Counted from the stretch's first letter, positions 18,892-29,826 are shown. The stretch: DNA of 32,000 nucleotides from Zymomonas mobilis subsp. mobilis ATCC 10988 (GCF_000175255.2 NC_017262.1:1920001-1952000), one strand, 5' to 3'. Program-made: numbers and translations. Notes: generated by a model from the letters alone, not told the origin.

Positions 18892-19683
18892 TTGAAAGTG
18901 GCGCTGGGGCAATTTGCCGTTCAGCCTGATTGGCATGAGAATCTCGACATCTGTTTTGACTTGATCAAACGGGCAGCAGGAAAACAAGCTGACCTGCTTG
19001 TGTTGCCAGAAGGTATTCTGGCACAGGATATGGCTGACCCCGATCTTATCCCCAAAACGGCACAACCGCTCGATGGGGCTTTTATTACGCGTTTGGCAGC
19101 GGAAACTCTGAAATATCCCACGTTGACGATTGCAGGCTGCTTGCCCATCCCCGATGGGAAAGACCGATTTTATAACACGCTCTTAGTGATTAAAAATGGG
19201 CAGATCATTGCCCAATATCGGAAATTGCATCTGTATGATGCCTTTTCTCACCAAGAATCCCGCTCAATTACCGCTGGTGACAGTCTGCCTCCTTTGGTCG
19301 AAATTGCTGGATTCAAGGTTGGCTTGATGATCTGTTATGATCTTCGCTTTCCTGAATTAGCTAGACGCCTTGTGCTGGAAGGTGCCGATGCACTTATTCT
19401 ACCCGCAGCTTGGGTCAAAGGTTCAGGGAAAGAAGCGCATTGGGATATTCTGGTCAAGGCCAGAGCTTTGGAAAATACCTGCTATATGATTGCGGTCGGG
19501 GAATGTGGCCAACGCAATATCGGAAATAGCATGGTTGTTGATCCGCTAGGCGTTGCCATTGCAAGGGCAGGGGAGGAGCCCGCCCTGATTATGGCTGAAC
19601 TCTTCCACAAACGGATTGCTCATGCACGGGACATCTTGCCCGTGCTTCATAATCGCCGTTTCCTGCCCCCCAAATTTATCTAG
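18892..19683 (+). CDS. Carbon-nitrogen hydrolase (nitrilase superfamily; Nit/omega-amidase-like)
   Basis: LLVLPEG (Glu), YRKLHLYDAF (Lys), GLMICYDLRFPELARRLVLEGADALILPAAW (Cys nucleophile), WDILVKARALENTCYMIAVGECG. Confidence 0.93.
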   Translation: MKVALGQFAVQPDWHENLDICFDLIKRAAGKQADLLVLPEGILAQDMADPDLIPKTAQPLDGAFITRLAAETLKYPTLTIAGCLPIPDGKDRFYNTLLVIKNGQIIAQYRKLHLYDAFSHQESRSITAGDSLPPLVEIAGFKVGLMICYDLRFPELARRLVLEGADALILPAAWVKGSGKEAHWDILVKARALENTCYMIAVGECGQRNIGNSMVVDPLGVAIARAGEEPALIMAELFHKRIAHARDILPVLHNRRFLPPKFI

Positions 19684-19685
19684 GG

Positions 19686-20147
19686 TCAGAAAACGGGGTA
19701 AGACGCTTTTTTTCCTTGGAAAATATCCTTCATCACGATGGTCGAGGTCAATTTCTTGACACAGGACAGGGACGATAACTGTTCGTCATATAATTTCTGA
19801 AAAGAAGACAGATCCTTCGTAATAATGTGAAGGATATAGTCAGGCGTCCCGAATAATCTTTCAGCGCTGATGACTTCGGGAATCGTCAATAAAGCATCTT
19901 CAAATATTTGAACGAGCTGTTTGTTGCTTTCGGATAAGGTCACAAAAACAATCGCCGAAAAAGTCAGACCTAGCTTTCTGTAATCGATGCAGGCGCGATA
20001 ACCCTGTATCGCACCGGATTTTTCCAAAGCATGCACCCGCCTATGACAAGGTGAGAGACTAAGACCGATTCTGTCAGCCAATTCAGTCAGAGTCAGGCGG
20101 GCATCACTTTGCAGTTCAGCAAGTATTTTTCGGTCTATTTGGTCCAT
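19686..20147 (-). CDS. Lrp/AsnC family transcriptional regulator
   Basis: MDQIDRKILAELQSDARLTLTELADRIGLSLSPCHRRVHALEKSGAIQGYRACIDYRKLGL, followed by a RAM-type C-terminal domain (GTPDYILHIITKDLSSFQKLYDEQLSSLSCV). Confidence 0.96.
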   Translation of the reverse strand: MDQIDRKILAELQSDARLTLTELADRIGLSLSPCHRRVHALEKSGAIQGYRACIDYRKLGLTFSAIVFVTLSESNKQLVQIFEDALLTIPEVISAERLFGTPDYILHIITKDLSSFQKLYDEQLSSLSCVKKLTSTIVMKDIFQGKKASYPVF

Positions 20148-20212
20148 GTGAAAAAATATACCTCACAATCTCGCTAACAAGCAATAAATTAGAAAGATAT
20201 TGCGCTCTGTCA

Positions 20213-20225
20213 GGGATATTATCCC
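20213..20225. promoter_or_regulatory. Candidate operator palindrome in the lrp-lysE intergenic region
   Basis: GGGATA-T-TATCCC, perfect 6-bp arms around one base, in the about 200-bp gap between the divergent regulator and exporter. Confidence 0.35.
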
Positions 20226-20347
20226 GCCTAACAGCGGTTAAGGGGGATTTTCTCGCTTCAATAGCCCTCTTTCCCCTGAAATTTTTCAAAATATTCGGAT
20301 GGTCTTTTTTCAAGGCGTTTCGCCTTGGATCTCAAGGAGATAAAAAT

Positions 20348-20980
20348 ATGCCAATAGAAATATTGGTTGCTTTTTGGGCTGTTTCTGTTCTTTTTGTTGT
20401 GATTCCGGGGGCTGATTGGGCATATGTCCTTTCTGTTGGCACCAATCATAAATCGATTGTCGCGGCTGTTTTCGGCTTAGTGCTGGGCTATGTTGCGGCG
20501 ACTATTCTTGTTGCTATCGGTGCCGCCGCCTTAATTGCCAAAACGCCTTTTGCTTTGGACTTTCTCACTTGCGCAGGCGCTATTTATCTTTTCCTCTTAG
20601 GCATTGGCCTGTTGCGCCATCCGCCTGTCTTACAAGATGAGACTTTCTCCGTTGCTCAGAAAGCCAGCTATAGCCAGTGGATTAAAAAAGGCTTTTGTGT
20701 CAGCGGGTTAAATCCCAAAATGTTTCTCTTTTTTCTGATGTTCTTACCGCAATTTACATCGGCAAAAGCCGACTGGCCTTTTTCAATTCAGATTTTGGCC
20801 TTAGGTATCGTCCATACTTTCAATTGTGGCAGCATTTATCTACTGATCGGCTTTCTGGCGCGGGCTTTGCTGAAAAAATATCCGCATATCAATCTAGCAC
20901 TCAGCCGTTTTTCAGCCGTTTCCATGATGACGATATCCATCATCCTGTTGGTAGAACGGTATATTCTTGGTGAAATGTAA
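20348..20980 (+). CDS. LysE/RhtB family amino-acid exporter
   Basis: VIPGADWAYVLSVGTNHKSIVAAVFGLVLGYVAATILVAIGAAALIAKTP and GLNPKMFLFFLMFLPQF match LysE/RhtB signatures; divergent from the lrp gene. Confidence 0.9.
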   Translation: MPIEILVAFWAVSVLFVVIPGADWAYVLSVGTNHKSIVAAVFGLVLGYVAATILVAIGAAALIAKTPFALDFLTCAGAIYLFLLGIGLLRHPPVLQDETFSVAQKASYSQWIKKGFCVSGLNPKMFLFFLMFLPQFTSAKADWPFSIQILALGIVHTFNCGSIYLLIGFLARALLKKYPHINLALSRFSAVSMMTISIILLVERYILGEM

Positions 20981-21378
20981 CGCGCCTCAAAAGGAATGTC
21001 GGAATATCCCAATCCCCAAGATTTTTTGGTAAAAAACTTTCTTTCGAAGGTCTAACCGTTTTTGATGACACGCGTTAAAAGAACACGCCTTATAAAATAA
21101 ATGCGCTGTTTCGATGAAAACGCCATAGGAAACAGGGCAAAATGCGCTATGGAGTAGGAAGGCTTTGGCTAATTGACAGCCTCGCCTGACATATCATCCG
21201 GTTCTATTTACATAGGCTCTTCGGATACTATCCTTCATATTCGATATAGGTTTCATCCTATATCCGGTTGAAAATTTTTGGAAACAGTCGCTTGATGCGT
21301 TCTTCCTCTTGCTAGGAATAGAAGAGCATTTATAAGCAAAGCGGTCATACCGCCATTATTCTTGGGGATTGTTATTTT

Positions 21379-21819
21379 ATGCCTTGTCGCCGCTTTTTGA
21401 CTCTTTTTATGGCTGTTGCCATTTTACCTTTGGCTGCTTGTGGACATGGTAAGCAAAAGAAAGTTGCGGGTATGGCACCTTCAAGAGTAACCACCATCGG
21501 CATTAATGCGTATATCTGGCGGGCAGCCTTGGAAACTTTTTCCTTTATGCCCCTGATTCAGACCGATGCGAATGGCGGTGTTATTATTACCGATTGGTAT
21601 GTTAATCCGGCCAGTCCCAATGAACGGATGCGGGTGGCTGTTGCCATTTTCGGAGATGATCTTCGCGCTGATGCCTTACGGGTTTCTGCATCCCGCCAGA
21701 TATTGCGGGAAGGCGTCTGGGTCGATGATCCTGTAGATGCCAGCACGATACAAAAACTGGAAGATGTTGTGCTGACCCGTGCCCGCGATCTCCGTCGGAC
21801 AGCTATGTCCGGTGAATAA
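21379..21819 (+). CDS. DUF3576 domain-containing lipoprotein
   Basis: Lipobox LPLAAC; [67 protein letters not shown], the typical DUF3576 protein upstream of leuS in alphaproteobacteria. Confidence 0.9.
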   Translation: MPCRRFLTLFMAVAILPLAACGHGKQKKVAGMAPSRVTTIGINAYIWRAALETFSFMPLIQTDANGGVIITDWYVNPASPNERMRVAVAIFGDDLRADALRVSASRQILREGVWVDDPVDASTIQKLEDVVLTRARDLRRTAMSGE

Positions 21820-21833
21820 GAAAAGGTTTTCGA

Positions 21834-24377
21834 TTGATGAGTGAGTCTGGTTTTTCCCAGCGTTTTAATCCGCATGTAGTTGATGGCCGCTGGCAAAAAA
21901 AATGGGAAGAAAGCGGCTGCTTCCACGCGAAAGACAATTCAGACCGGCCACATAGCTATATTCTCGAAATGTTTCCGTATCCTTCGGGGCGGATTCATAT
22001 GGGACATGTCCGTAACTATACCATGGGCGATGTGCTGGCGCGTTATTACCGGATGAAAGGCCATGAAGTCCTGCACCCGATGGGGTGGGATGCTTTCGGT
22101 ATGCCTGCTGAAAACGCTGCGATGGAACGGAAAATCCATCCGCGTGAATGGACGATGTCTAATATTGCGACGATGCGGGAACAGTTAAAACGCATTGGTT
22201 TTGCTATCGATTGGAGCCGTGAACTCGCGACCTGCGAACCGTCCTATTATGGCCAAGAGCAAGCCTTGTTCCTTGACCTTTACAAGGCTGGCCTCGTTTA
22301 TCGCAAAGAATCGGCAGTTAACTGGGATCCCATTGATAATACGGTGCTCGCCAATGAACAGGTGATTGATGGGCGCGGCTGGCGTTCCGGTGCCTTGGTT
22401 GAAAGAAAAAAACTCAATCAGTGGTTCTTAAAGATCACCGAATTTGCGGATGATCTTCTTGATGGCCTGAAAGACCTCGATCAATGGCCTGAAAAAGTCC
22501 GGTCGATGCAGGAAAACTGGATCGGTCGCAGTCAGGGCATGCAGTTTCATTTCAATTTTGAAGTGGCACCGGAAGGCTTTGACAAAATCGAAGTCTTTAC
22601 CACGCGCCCCGATACGCTTTTTGGTGCCAGCTTTGTCGCTATTGCTTGCGATCATCCGATCGCCAAAGCCTTGGCAGAAAAAACCGCAGCTCTTCCCGAA
22701 TTTATCGCCGATTGCCAGAAAATGGGCACCGCCGCGGAAGATATCGAAACCGCCGAGAAAAAAGGCTTCGATACTGGCCTGTCACTTGTTCATCCGCTGA
22801 ATCCTGAATTAAAATTGCCGCTTTTTGTCGCCAATTTCGTTCTGATGGATTACGGCACGGGGGCAGTGTTCGGCTGTCCGGCGCATGATCAGCGCGATCT
22901 TGATTTTGCGCTGAAATATAACCTGCCGGTTAAACGGGTCGTTGCGCCTTCCGAAGCTGAAAGCAACGAAGCCATTGGCGACAAAGCTGACACCCGCGCG
23001 GGCATTATAGTCAATTCGTTTTTCCTCGATGGTCTTTCCAGCGAAGAAGCTAAAAAAACGGTTATTGCTCGCGCCGAAAAAGAAGGCTGGGGTAAAGGCA
23101 CCACGGTTTTCCGGTTAAGAGACTGGGGCGTTTCTCGTCAGCGCTATTGGGGTACCCCAATACCGATTATCCATTGCGATAGTTGTGGCGCGGTTCCGGT
23201 TCCCAAAGATCAATTACCGGTTACCTTACCTGATGACATCAATTTCGATAAACCGGGCAATCCGCTGGAACGTCATCCGACATGGAAGAATGTCACTTGC
23301 CCGAAATGTGGGAAGCCTGCCCGTCGGGAAACGGATACGCTTGACACTTTCGTCGATTCTTCATGGTATTTCATTCGTTTCGCCAGTCAGCCAGATGACA
23401 AACCTTTTGATAAAGCAACCGCTGAAAAATGGTTGCCAGTCGGGCAGTATATCGGCGGCGTAGAACATGCCATTTTGCATCTTCTTTATGCCCGTTTCTG
23501 GACACGCGCCTTACAGTCTATTGGACGGCTTGATATCAAAGAGCCTTTCACCGGTCTGTTTACTCAAGGCATGGTAACCCATGAAACCTATAAAGACCCC
23601 GAAGGCCATTGGCTGTCACCCGAACAGATTCATAAAGATGAAGCGGGTATCTTCTTAACAGAATCCGGCGAAAAAGTGACCGTCGGCCGCGTTGAAAAGA
23701 TGTCCAAATCGAAAAAGAATGTGGTCGAACCGGCGCCTATTCTCGACCAATACGGGGCGGATGCGGTGCGTTGGTTCATGCTTTCCGACAGCCCGCCCGA
23801 ACGTGATCTGGCTTGGACAGAAGCCGGTATTGAAGGCTGCTGGCGCTTTATGCAGCGTTTGTGGCGTGTCGCTGCTATCGCAAGCGAAGAGGCTTCCGCT
23901 GGAATCGACAAGGATTTACAGCATCGCCTTCATTGCTCGATAAAAGAAGTTGGCGAAGCCATCGAAGGCCTGTCTTTCAATAAAGCCATCGCCAAGATTC
24001 ATGATCTGGTCAATGCGATCGAAAAAGCCAAGGCTTCAGCAACCCGCAAGGAAGCTGCTTTGACTTTATTCCGCTTGGTAGCTCCGATGGTGCCGCATCT
24101 TTCGGAAGAAGCATGGCATCTTCTGGAGAAAGAAGGTTTTGTTGCCGAAGCCAGTTGGCCTGAATTTGATCCGGCACTGACGGTCGAAGACGAAATAACT
24201 ATTGCCGTTCAGGTCAATGGTAAATTAAGGGACACCTTAACCGTCGCTCGGGATATGCCCAAGGATGAAGCCGAAAAATTGGCATTGGCTTCGGAAAAAG
24301 TGATTAAAATGTTGGAAGGCCGCTCACCGAAAAAAGTGATCGTTGTGCCTAACCGACTGGTCAATATTGTCGCGTAA
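21834..24377 (+). CDS. leuS: Leucyl-tRNA synthetase
   Basis: [25 protein letters not shown] (HIGH), MSKSKKNVV (KMSKS), [43 protein letters not shown]. Confidence 0.99.
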   Translation: MMSESGFSQRFNPHVVDGRWQKKWEESGCFHAKDNSDRPHSYILEMFPYPSGRIHMGHVRNYTMGDVLARYYRMKGHEVLHPMGWDAFGMPAENAAMERKIHPREWTMSNIATMREQLKRIGFAIDWSRELATCEPSYYGQEQALFLDLYKAGLVYRKESAVNWDPIDNTVLANEQVIDGRGWRSGALVERKKLNQWFLKITEFADDLLDGLKDLDQWPEKVRSMQENWIGRSQGMQFHFNFEVAPEGFDKIEVFTTRPDTLFGASFVAIACDHPIAKALAEKTAALPEFIADCQKMGTAAEDIETAEKKGFDTGLSLVHPLNPELKLPLFVANFVLMDYGTGAVFGCPAHDQRDLDFALKYNLPVKRVVAPSEAESNEAIGDKADTRAGIIVNSFFLDGLSSEEAKKTVIARAEKEGWGKGTTVFRLRDWGVSRQRYWGTPIPIIHCDSCGAVPVPKDQLPVTLPDDINFDKPGNPLERHPTWKNVTCPKCGKPARRETDTLDTFVDSSWYFIRFASQPDDKPFDKATAEKWLPVGQYIGGVEHAILHLLYARFWTRALQSIGRLDIKEPFTGLFTQGMVTHETYKDPEGHWLSPEQIHKDEAGIFLTESGEKVTVGRVEKMSKSKKNVVEPAPILDQYGADAVRWFMLSDSPPERDLAWTEAGIEGCWRFMQRLWRVAAIASEEASAGIDKDLQHRLHCSIKEVGEAIEGLSFNKAIAKIHDLVNAIEKAKASATRKEAALTLFRLVAPMVPHLSEEAWHLLEKEGFVAEASWPEFDPALTVEDEITIAVQVNGKLRDTLTVARDMPKDEAEKLALASEKVIKMLEGRSPKKVIVVPNRLVNIVA

Positions 24378-24388
24378 AGGCCTGAATA

Positions 24389-24988
24389 ATGGATTTTAGC
24401 AAACCGTCCAGATTAGCACTTCTGTTGTTTCTTTGCATGCCACTGCCTGCTTGTGGCCTGCATCCTCTTTACAAGGGGGGCAAATCTGGTCCGGTTGCTA
24501 AAACCCTAGGTGCCGTCCATGTTGCGTCGATCCCCGGAAAACCGGGCTATTTGTTACATGGGGCGTTGCAAGACCGACTTATGCCAGAAAATGGCCTGCG
24601 TCCTCGTTATCAACTAGAAGTTGAAGTTGACGATCACATCGAAGGTTTGGGTGTCAGACGAGATAACACGGTCAACCGTGAAAGACGGACATTGCGGGCG
24701 CGTTATCGTTTGATTGATCTTCGCGATAATCAGGTCGTTGTTGATGCCACGGCTTCATCGGACTCTGGTATTGACGTGGTCAGTTCCGAATATGCAACTA
24801 TCGCGGCAGAAGATACTGCCCTTGAGCAGATCACTGAAAATGTGGCCGATCAGATTGTAACCCATTTGGCGCTTTACGCCGAAAGACGCGACAAAGCCGA
24901 TCATCTTCCGAATGCGGCTACGCCAGCCCCCTCTGAAACGCCGCATAATCAGGCGGTTCAGGCTGTCAAACCGCAAAATATTTCCTAA
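24389..24988 (+). CDS. lptE: LPS assembly lipoprotein LptE
   Basis: Lipobox LPACGLHPLYKGG; position immediately after leuS and before holA; LptE-type LRARYRLIDLRDNQVV, EYATIAAEDTALEQITENVADQIVTHLALY. Confidence 0.88.
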   Translation: MDFSKPSRLALLLFLCMPLPACGLHPLYKGGKSGPVAKTLGAVHVASIPGKPGYLLHGALQDRLMPENGLRPRYQLEVEVDDHIEGLGVRRDNTVNRERRTLRARYRLIDLRDNQVVVDATASSDSGIDVVSSEYATIAAEDTALEQITENVADQIVTHLALYAERRDKADHLPNAATPAPSETPHNQAVQAVKPQNIS

Positions 24989-24997
24989 AGAAAGTTA

Positions 24998-26011
24998 GTG
25001 AAAAGTAACCGCTCACAAATTGATGCTGCTATTGCGGCTATTGGCCGCGGGCAGAATGCTGTTATTCTTCTCTACGGGCCCGATATCGCACAATCTCGCG
25101 CCATCGCTGACCAAATGAACCGCTTTCCTGAAATTGAAAAAATAGAAATTTCAGGGGCGGTACTCAAAAATGATCCGGCTATTTTAACGGATGAAGCGGC
25201 GGCGATTTCTCTCTTCAGTGCCGCACGTTATCTTCGGGTGGAAGCAAGTGGCGACGAAATTCTGGCTGCGCTTCAATTATTGATAGATATTCCAGCTATC
25301 AATAATTCGGTAATTATTGTCACAGGTAATCTCAAACGAGAATCCAAACTCCTGAAACTAGCTTTGGCTGATAAAAAGATATTGGCCTGTGCGAGTTATC
25401 TTCCCGAAGGAGAGAATGCCAACCGTCTAGTTATAGCACTTGGGGAAGAAAAAGGCCTGCGGATCAGGCCGGATATCGCGCAAAAACTGGCGATATATGC
25501 AGAAAATAATCGGGCATTACTGGTCTCTGAAATTGAAAAATACGCCCTCTATCTCAATAGTGACAAAAATAACCCTCAAGAATTGACCCATGAGGTTATC
25601 AGCTTGATTGGGGCTGATAACAATGAAGGCAATTTGGCACGCTTGACGGGAATATTCTTTTCAAAAAATACAGCGCTTCTTGAGCAAGAATTAGCAAGCC
25701 TTTCAGATGTCGGGATTGAACCGATCCTACTTATTAGGGTTTTGTTGCGTCGAGCCTTACTGCTGGCTGATTTAGCTGGATTACTGTCAAAAGGGCTTTC
25801 GATTCAAAAGGTCATCGAATCTGCTGGCCGAAAAATTTTCTGGAAAGAAAAGGGCGAAATCGCCAAAGCCTTATCTCTCTGGCGGATTCATCAAATCAAC
25901 CAACTTATTACTTTTCTGGTTTCTCTGGAATGTCAGATAAAACAGGGAAAGATGATTGGGGCATTTTATGTGGAACAGCAATTATTGCTATTGATAAGTC
26001 GTCTTTCATAA
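24998..26011 (+). CDS. holA: DNA polymerase III delta subunit
   Basis: GTG start; LLYGPDIAQSRAIADQM, LSLFSAARYLRVEASGDEI, CASYLPEGENANRLV, QELTHEVISLIGADNNEGNLARL; syntenic with leuS-lptE. Confidence 0.92.
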   Translation: MKSNRSQIDAAIAAIGRGQNAVILLYGPDIAQSRAIADQMNRFPEIEKIEISGAVLKNDPAILTDEAAAISLFSAARYLRVEASGDEILAALQLLIDIPAINNSVIIVTGNLKRESKLLKLALADKKILACASYLPEGENANRLVIALGEEKGLRIRPDIAQKLAIYAENNRALLVSEIEKYALYLNSDKNNPQELTHEVISLIGADNNEGNLARLTGIFFSKNTALLEQELASLSDVGIEPILLIRVLLRRALLLADLAGLLSKGLSIQKVIESAGRKIFWKEKGEIAKALSLWRIHQINQLITFLVSLECQIKQGKMIGAFYVEQQLLLLISRLS

Positions 26012-26459
26012 AAGTTTTATTTATTTAATAATTTAAATTAAAATAATAATTTTATATATCATTATATAATTTTCATTCTCTCTATTTTTTTGTAAATTAT
26101 CAATCGAAAATATCACAAGGATGGTTTCAATAAATTATACCATTCTAAACCGCCCTAATTTTAGGGCTTTACAGCTTTTCTTTTTAAAAAAGACCTATCA
26201 AACACAATTTTTTAAGCCCTACAACGCTTTCCTGCCACTAAATTTAAGTGACTGTATAAAACCACTGGATTAAAGGGGGGGGAGAGGACTAGGAAGATTT
26301 TTATTCCCTATTTTTTTACAAATAGGCATAAAACGCTTTTCTTAACAGGTGATGTCTGCCCGATTATGTATGATATGACCGTTTTACACTATAAACATTG
26401 CACAAGGGTAAAGGACAGGCCACTGCGCCTATCGACTCTTGCTATGATAGGCGACTGCG

Positions 26460-28490
26460 ATGCTGTTTAATTTACGGCAGGCAGCTTTTGCGCTTAATTG
26501 TTATATAGCTGCAATGCTCGGCCTCTATGTCTCTATGCGGATTGGGCTTGAACGTCCTTTCTGGGCGATGACGACTGTCTATATCGTCAGTCATCCCCTT
26601 ACGGGGGCTATACGTTCTAAATCATTTTATCGCGTCATTGGTTCCTTCCTTGGCGCTACTTTTGTTCTGGCCGTTGTGCCAAAATTTGATAATGCGCCCC
26701 TTTTTCTCTGTATGATTTTAGGGCTGTGGGCGTCTTTTTGTATTTTTATTGTTGTTCTCGACCGCTCACCGCGCTCTTATATTTTCTTTCTTGGTATCGT
26801 TACGGCCTCTGTTATCGGCTTTCTTAGCGTAGAAAACCCTATCAATGTTTTCCATATAGCCTCTCTTCGACTTCAGGAAATCTGCTTTGGGGTTGTATCG
26901 GCAGGCTTTGTTCATTCCGTGCTTTTTCCCCATTCCGTCAGTAATCTTTTATCGCGTCAATTGGATCAGATTCTCCATGATTGCGAACGCTGGGCTAACC
27001 ATGCCTTGGCCGGAGATATGACGGATATTGATGCGAAAGACCGCCAAAATCTGACCGTTGACCTTACCAATGTCCATTTCCTTGGGACACATATCCCCTA
27101 TGATACAGCGGGATTGCGGCCAACGCGTATGGCTTTGGCCGCGGTTCAGGATCAGATTATTCTTTTGATGCCTGTTATCGCCGCTATGGAAGATCGAACA
27201 AGAGAAATTGACGATGCAGGCGGTATGTCGGAAGAGATTACCGCCTATGTCGAATCTGTTCGGCAATGGGTCGCAGATCCCCCCGTTGATGATGCGGCAG
27301 AAGCCAGTCGTTTGATTGCGCGCGGCAATGCCTTGGGTGAAAAACTAAAGGTTGAAAATTGGCGCGAACTGCTCGAGCTGAATATGATCGGGCGACTGCG
27401 TCATTTGATCGAAGCCTTGCAATCGACCCGTTTGCTGGTCGAAGCCGTCAGCCATCCAGAAGATCATCCACCCGCCATGATTGCCGCTTTAAGTAGCGCC
27501 CATCGCGTTCGCTCAATGCATCGCGACTATGGTATGGCCGCTTTAACCGCTTTGACATTGTTTATGGTCATTATGGCCTCATCCATTTTCTGGATCATGA
27601 CCAGTTGGCCAAATGGTTCGACCGGTTGCCTTTTGGCGGCGATGTCATTCGGTCTGTCGGCCCAGGCAGGTGACCCTGTTAAACAACAAGGGCATTATCT
27701 CCTCGGGGCTGTCATCGGGGTGATTGTCGCTGGTTTTTATGTGTTTGCCATCATGACACAAATTCATGAATTTGAATTGGTCATGCTGACGATGTTCCCT
27801 GTGCTGTTTATTATCGGCTATCTTACTGCCGATCAGAACTACCTGCCGATTGTTCGACCCTTTATGGTTGTCTTCAACCTAACAATGGCAATCCATCCGG
27901 CTTATTCTGCCGATTTCGAGCTTTATTTTAACAATGGTTTGGCCATTATTACCGGCTGCGGCATCTCCCTTGTCGGTTTCAAAGTAATGCGCGTTATCGG
28001 TGCCGATGTGATGGTCAGAAGGCTTCTGCAATCTGGGTGGCGTGATCTTTCGGCAACCTTAAAACGACCGGGCGCGCCCGATATCGTTGATTGGTCAAGC
28101 CGTATGCTCGATCGTATCGGTCTTATGGCACCGCGCGTTTCAGCAACAGGGACAGATCAGAATGTTATCCGCGATGATGGTATTCGCGATTTGCGTATCG
28201 GTATCTGTATGCTGCGCTTGCGGCAGCTGGCTGCTCGTGTTGATGAAAATGTCCGTCATCAAATATCCACTTTGGCGCAAGCCATTGCTGGCTATTATGA
28301 CGAATTGTCACGGTCACCGAATGCTGAATCTTCGGATATCATTTTGACAGATATCGATCGTGTTATTGATAGCTTTGTGGATCTACATAATTCAATCGAT
28401 CGCCGCGAAGGGCTGACCGCCTTGGTCAGCTTACGTCGCAATATGTTTCCTGATGCACCAGGGTTCATAAAACAACGGAGTCCGGCATGA
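26460..28490 (+). CDS. FUSC/AaeB-like aromatic-acid efflux inner-membrane protein
   Basis: 676 aa. FALNCYIAAMLGLYVSMRIGLERPFWAMTTVYIVSHPLTGAIRSKSFYRVIGSFLGA plus a second membrane block SSIFWIMTSWPNGSTGCLLAAMSFGLSAQAGDPVKQQGHYLLGAVIG. Confidence 0.93.
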   Translation: MLFNLRQAAFALNCYIAAMLGLYVSMRIGLERPFWAMTTVYIVSHPLTGAIRSKSFYRVIGSFLGATFVLAVVPKFDNAPLFLCMILGLWASFCIFIVVLDRSPRSYIFFLGIVTASVIGFLSVENPINVFHIASLRLQEICFGVVSAGFVHSVLFPHSVSNLLSRQLDQILHDCERWANHALAGDMTDIDAKDRQNLTVDLTNVHFLGTHIPYDTAGLRPTRMALAAVQDQIILLMPVIAAMEDRTREIDDAGGMSEEITAYVESVRQWVADPPVDDAAEASRLIARGNALGEKLKVENWRELLELNMIGRLRHLIEALQSTRLLVEAVSHPEDHPPAMIAALSSAHRVRSMHRDYGMAALTALTLFMVIMASSIFWIMTSWPNGSTGCLLAAMSFGLSAQAGDPVKQQGHYLLGAVIGVIVAGFYVFAIMTQIHEFELVMLTMFPVLFIIGYLTADQNYLPIVRPFMVVFNLTMAIHPAYSADFELYFNNGLAIITGCGISLVGFKVMRVIGADVMVRRLLQSGWRDLSATLKRPGAPDIVDWSSRMLDRIGLMAPRVSATGTDQNVIRDDGIRDLRIGICMLRLRQLAARVDENVRHQISTLAQAIAGYYDELSRSPNAESSDIILTDIDRVIDSFVDLHNSIDRREGLTALVSLRRNMFPDAPGFIKQRSPA

Positions 28491-28720
28491 TAACGGGAGA
28501 ATTTGATATTGTGGGTGTTTATATGCACCCACTTGTCGTAGGCGCCGCTATTGCGATCATGATTACTCAGCTTCTTACTTTGTTGCTCAGTAAACTAAAT
28601 CTTTATCGTTTCGTCTGGCATCGCGGTTTATTTGATACCGCAATGCTGATCGTTGTTTGGGGTATAATTACCGGCTATATTGCTGTGGCCGGTAACCCTA
28701 TGGCTTTTTTTCGCTTGTAG
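28487..28720 (+). CDS. DUF1656 (AaeX-like) small membrane protein
   Basis: EFDIVGVYMHPLVVGAAIAIMITQLLTLLLSKLNLYRFVWHRGLFDTAMLIVVWGI; ATGA overlap with the upstream FUSC gene. Confidence 0.93.
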   Translation: MITGEFDIVGVYMHPLVVGAAIAIMITQLLTLLLSKLNLYRFVWHRGLFDTAMLIVVWGIITGYIAVAGNPMAFFRL

Positions 28721-28728
28721 GGGGAGGC

Positions 28729-29826
28729 ATGGATCGGAGATCCGTCCTACGCGTTCTTGTAACGCTGTTTGTCGTTTTAGTGGCCGTTTGGGTCAGCCTG
28801 CGAATGTGGTTCTACTATGAACGTGAACCATGGACACGCGATGGTCGCGTGCAGGTCGATGTTGAAAATGTGACGCCCGATGTTTCCGGTTTGGTCACGG
28901 ATGTCCTTGTCCGTGAAAACCAATATGTGACAGCAGGAACGCCACTCTTTATCGTTGATCGGGTTCGTTTTCGTTTGGCCTTAGAAGCCGCCGAGGCCGA
29001 AGTTGCCAATGTCGCTTCCCGTCTCGAACAGGCTGAACGTGAAAACCGGCGTAATATCCGGCTTGGCGATTTGGTCTCGACCGAAATTCTGGAACAAGGC
29101 GCTTCCAAGGTCGATGAGCTGGCTGCTGAACTCGAAAGAGCCAAAGCCAATCTCAATACGGCTCGCGTTAATGTGGTTCGTTCAGTTGTTCGCGCCTCTG
29201 TTGATGGCTGGATCACGAATTTCTCCCTTCGCCCCGGTAACTATGCTACGTCAGGCCGGCCTGAATTCGCGCTTTTGGATCGCCATTCTTTGCGTGTTGT
29301 CGGTTATTTTGAAGAAACCAAATTACCCCGTATCCGTGTCGGTGATAAAGTTTCCATCCGCTTGATGGGTGAAAAGAAGATCATCGAAGGCCATGTGGAT
29401 TCACTGGCTCGCGGTATTGCTGACCGTGAACTTAACCCCACTTCATCTTTGATGGCTAACGTCAACCCAACCTTTACATGGGTTCGTTTGCCGCAACGTA
29501 TTCCTGTTCGTATTGCTATCGACCATGTGCCGGAAGGTATTCGTTTGGTCGCAGGTAGAACGGCGACTGTCTCCGTTCACTATAACTCACATATTCGGCC
29601 GATTTTGCCGCCTTCTATTACAGGTGGTGTGCCTGAAGTGTTAGAAGACAGAACTGTCTCTGATAGTGTGGTCAAGACGCTTGAAAATAATGCGACTGAA
29701 ACTGTCACCAACACTTCGGAAACCAAGGTAACGGTAGACCCAAAAACGGCGCAAACGCAGGCTCCCAGCCGCCAGGTAACCACTGTCCAAAAGACAGTGA
29801 AAAAAACTGAGGAGCATGCAAGGTGA
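28729..29826 (+). CDS. HlyD/AaeA-like membrane fusion protein with low-complexity C-terminal tail
   Basis: N-terminal TM followed by YYEREPWTRDGRVQVDVENVTPDVSGLVTDVLVRENQYVTAGTPLFIVDRVRF; coiled-coil hairpin; SLARGIADRE segment. Confidence 0.94.
   Translation: MDRRSVLRVLVTLFVVLVAVWVSLRMWFYYEREPWTRDGRVQVDVENVTPDVSGLVTDVLVRENQYVTAGTPLFIVDRVRFRLALEAAEAEVANVASRLEQAERENRRNIRLGDLVSTEILEQGASKVDELAAELERAKANLNTARVNVVRSVVRASVDGWITNFSLRPGNYATSGRPEFALLDRHSLRVVGYFEETKLPRIRVGDKVSIRLMGEKKIIEGHVDSLARGIADRELNPTSSLMANVNPTFTWVRLPQRIPVRIAIDHVPEGIRLVAGRTATVSVHYNSHIRPILPPSITGGVPEVLEDRTVSDSVVKTLENNATETVTNTSETKVTVDPKTAQTQAPSRQVTTVQKTVKKTEEHAR

Noticed and set aside
22558-23943. Nested ORFs in leuS (22558..22800, 22889..23104, 23185..23463, 23692..23943 and others)
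   Set aside because: Alternative-frame openings in a highly conserved essential gene; no independent evidence.
28815-29365. Ser/Thr-rich antisense ORF 28815..29216 and plus-strand 29003..29365 in the HlyD gene
   Set aside because: Shadow ORFs from codon bias of the HlyD-like gene; low-complexity translation.
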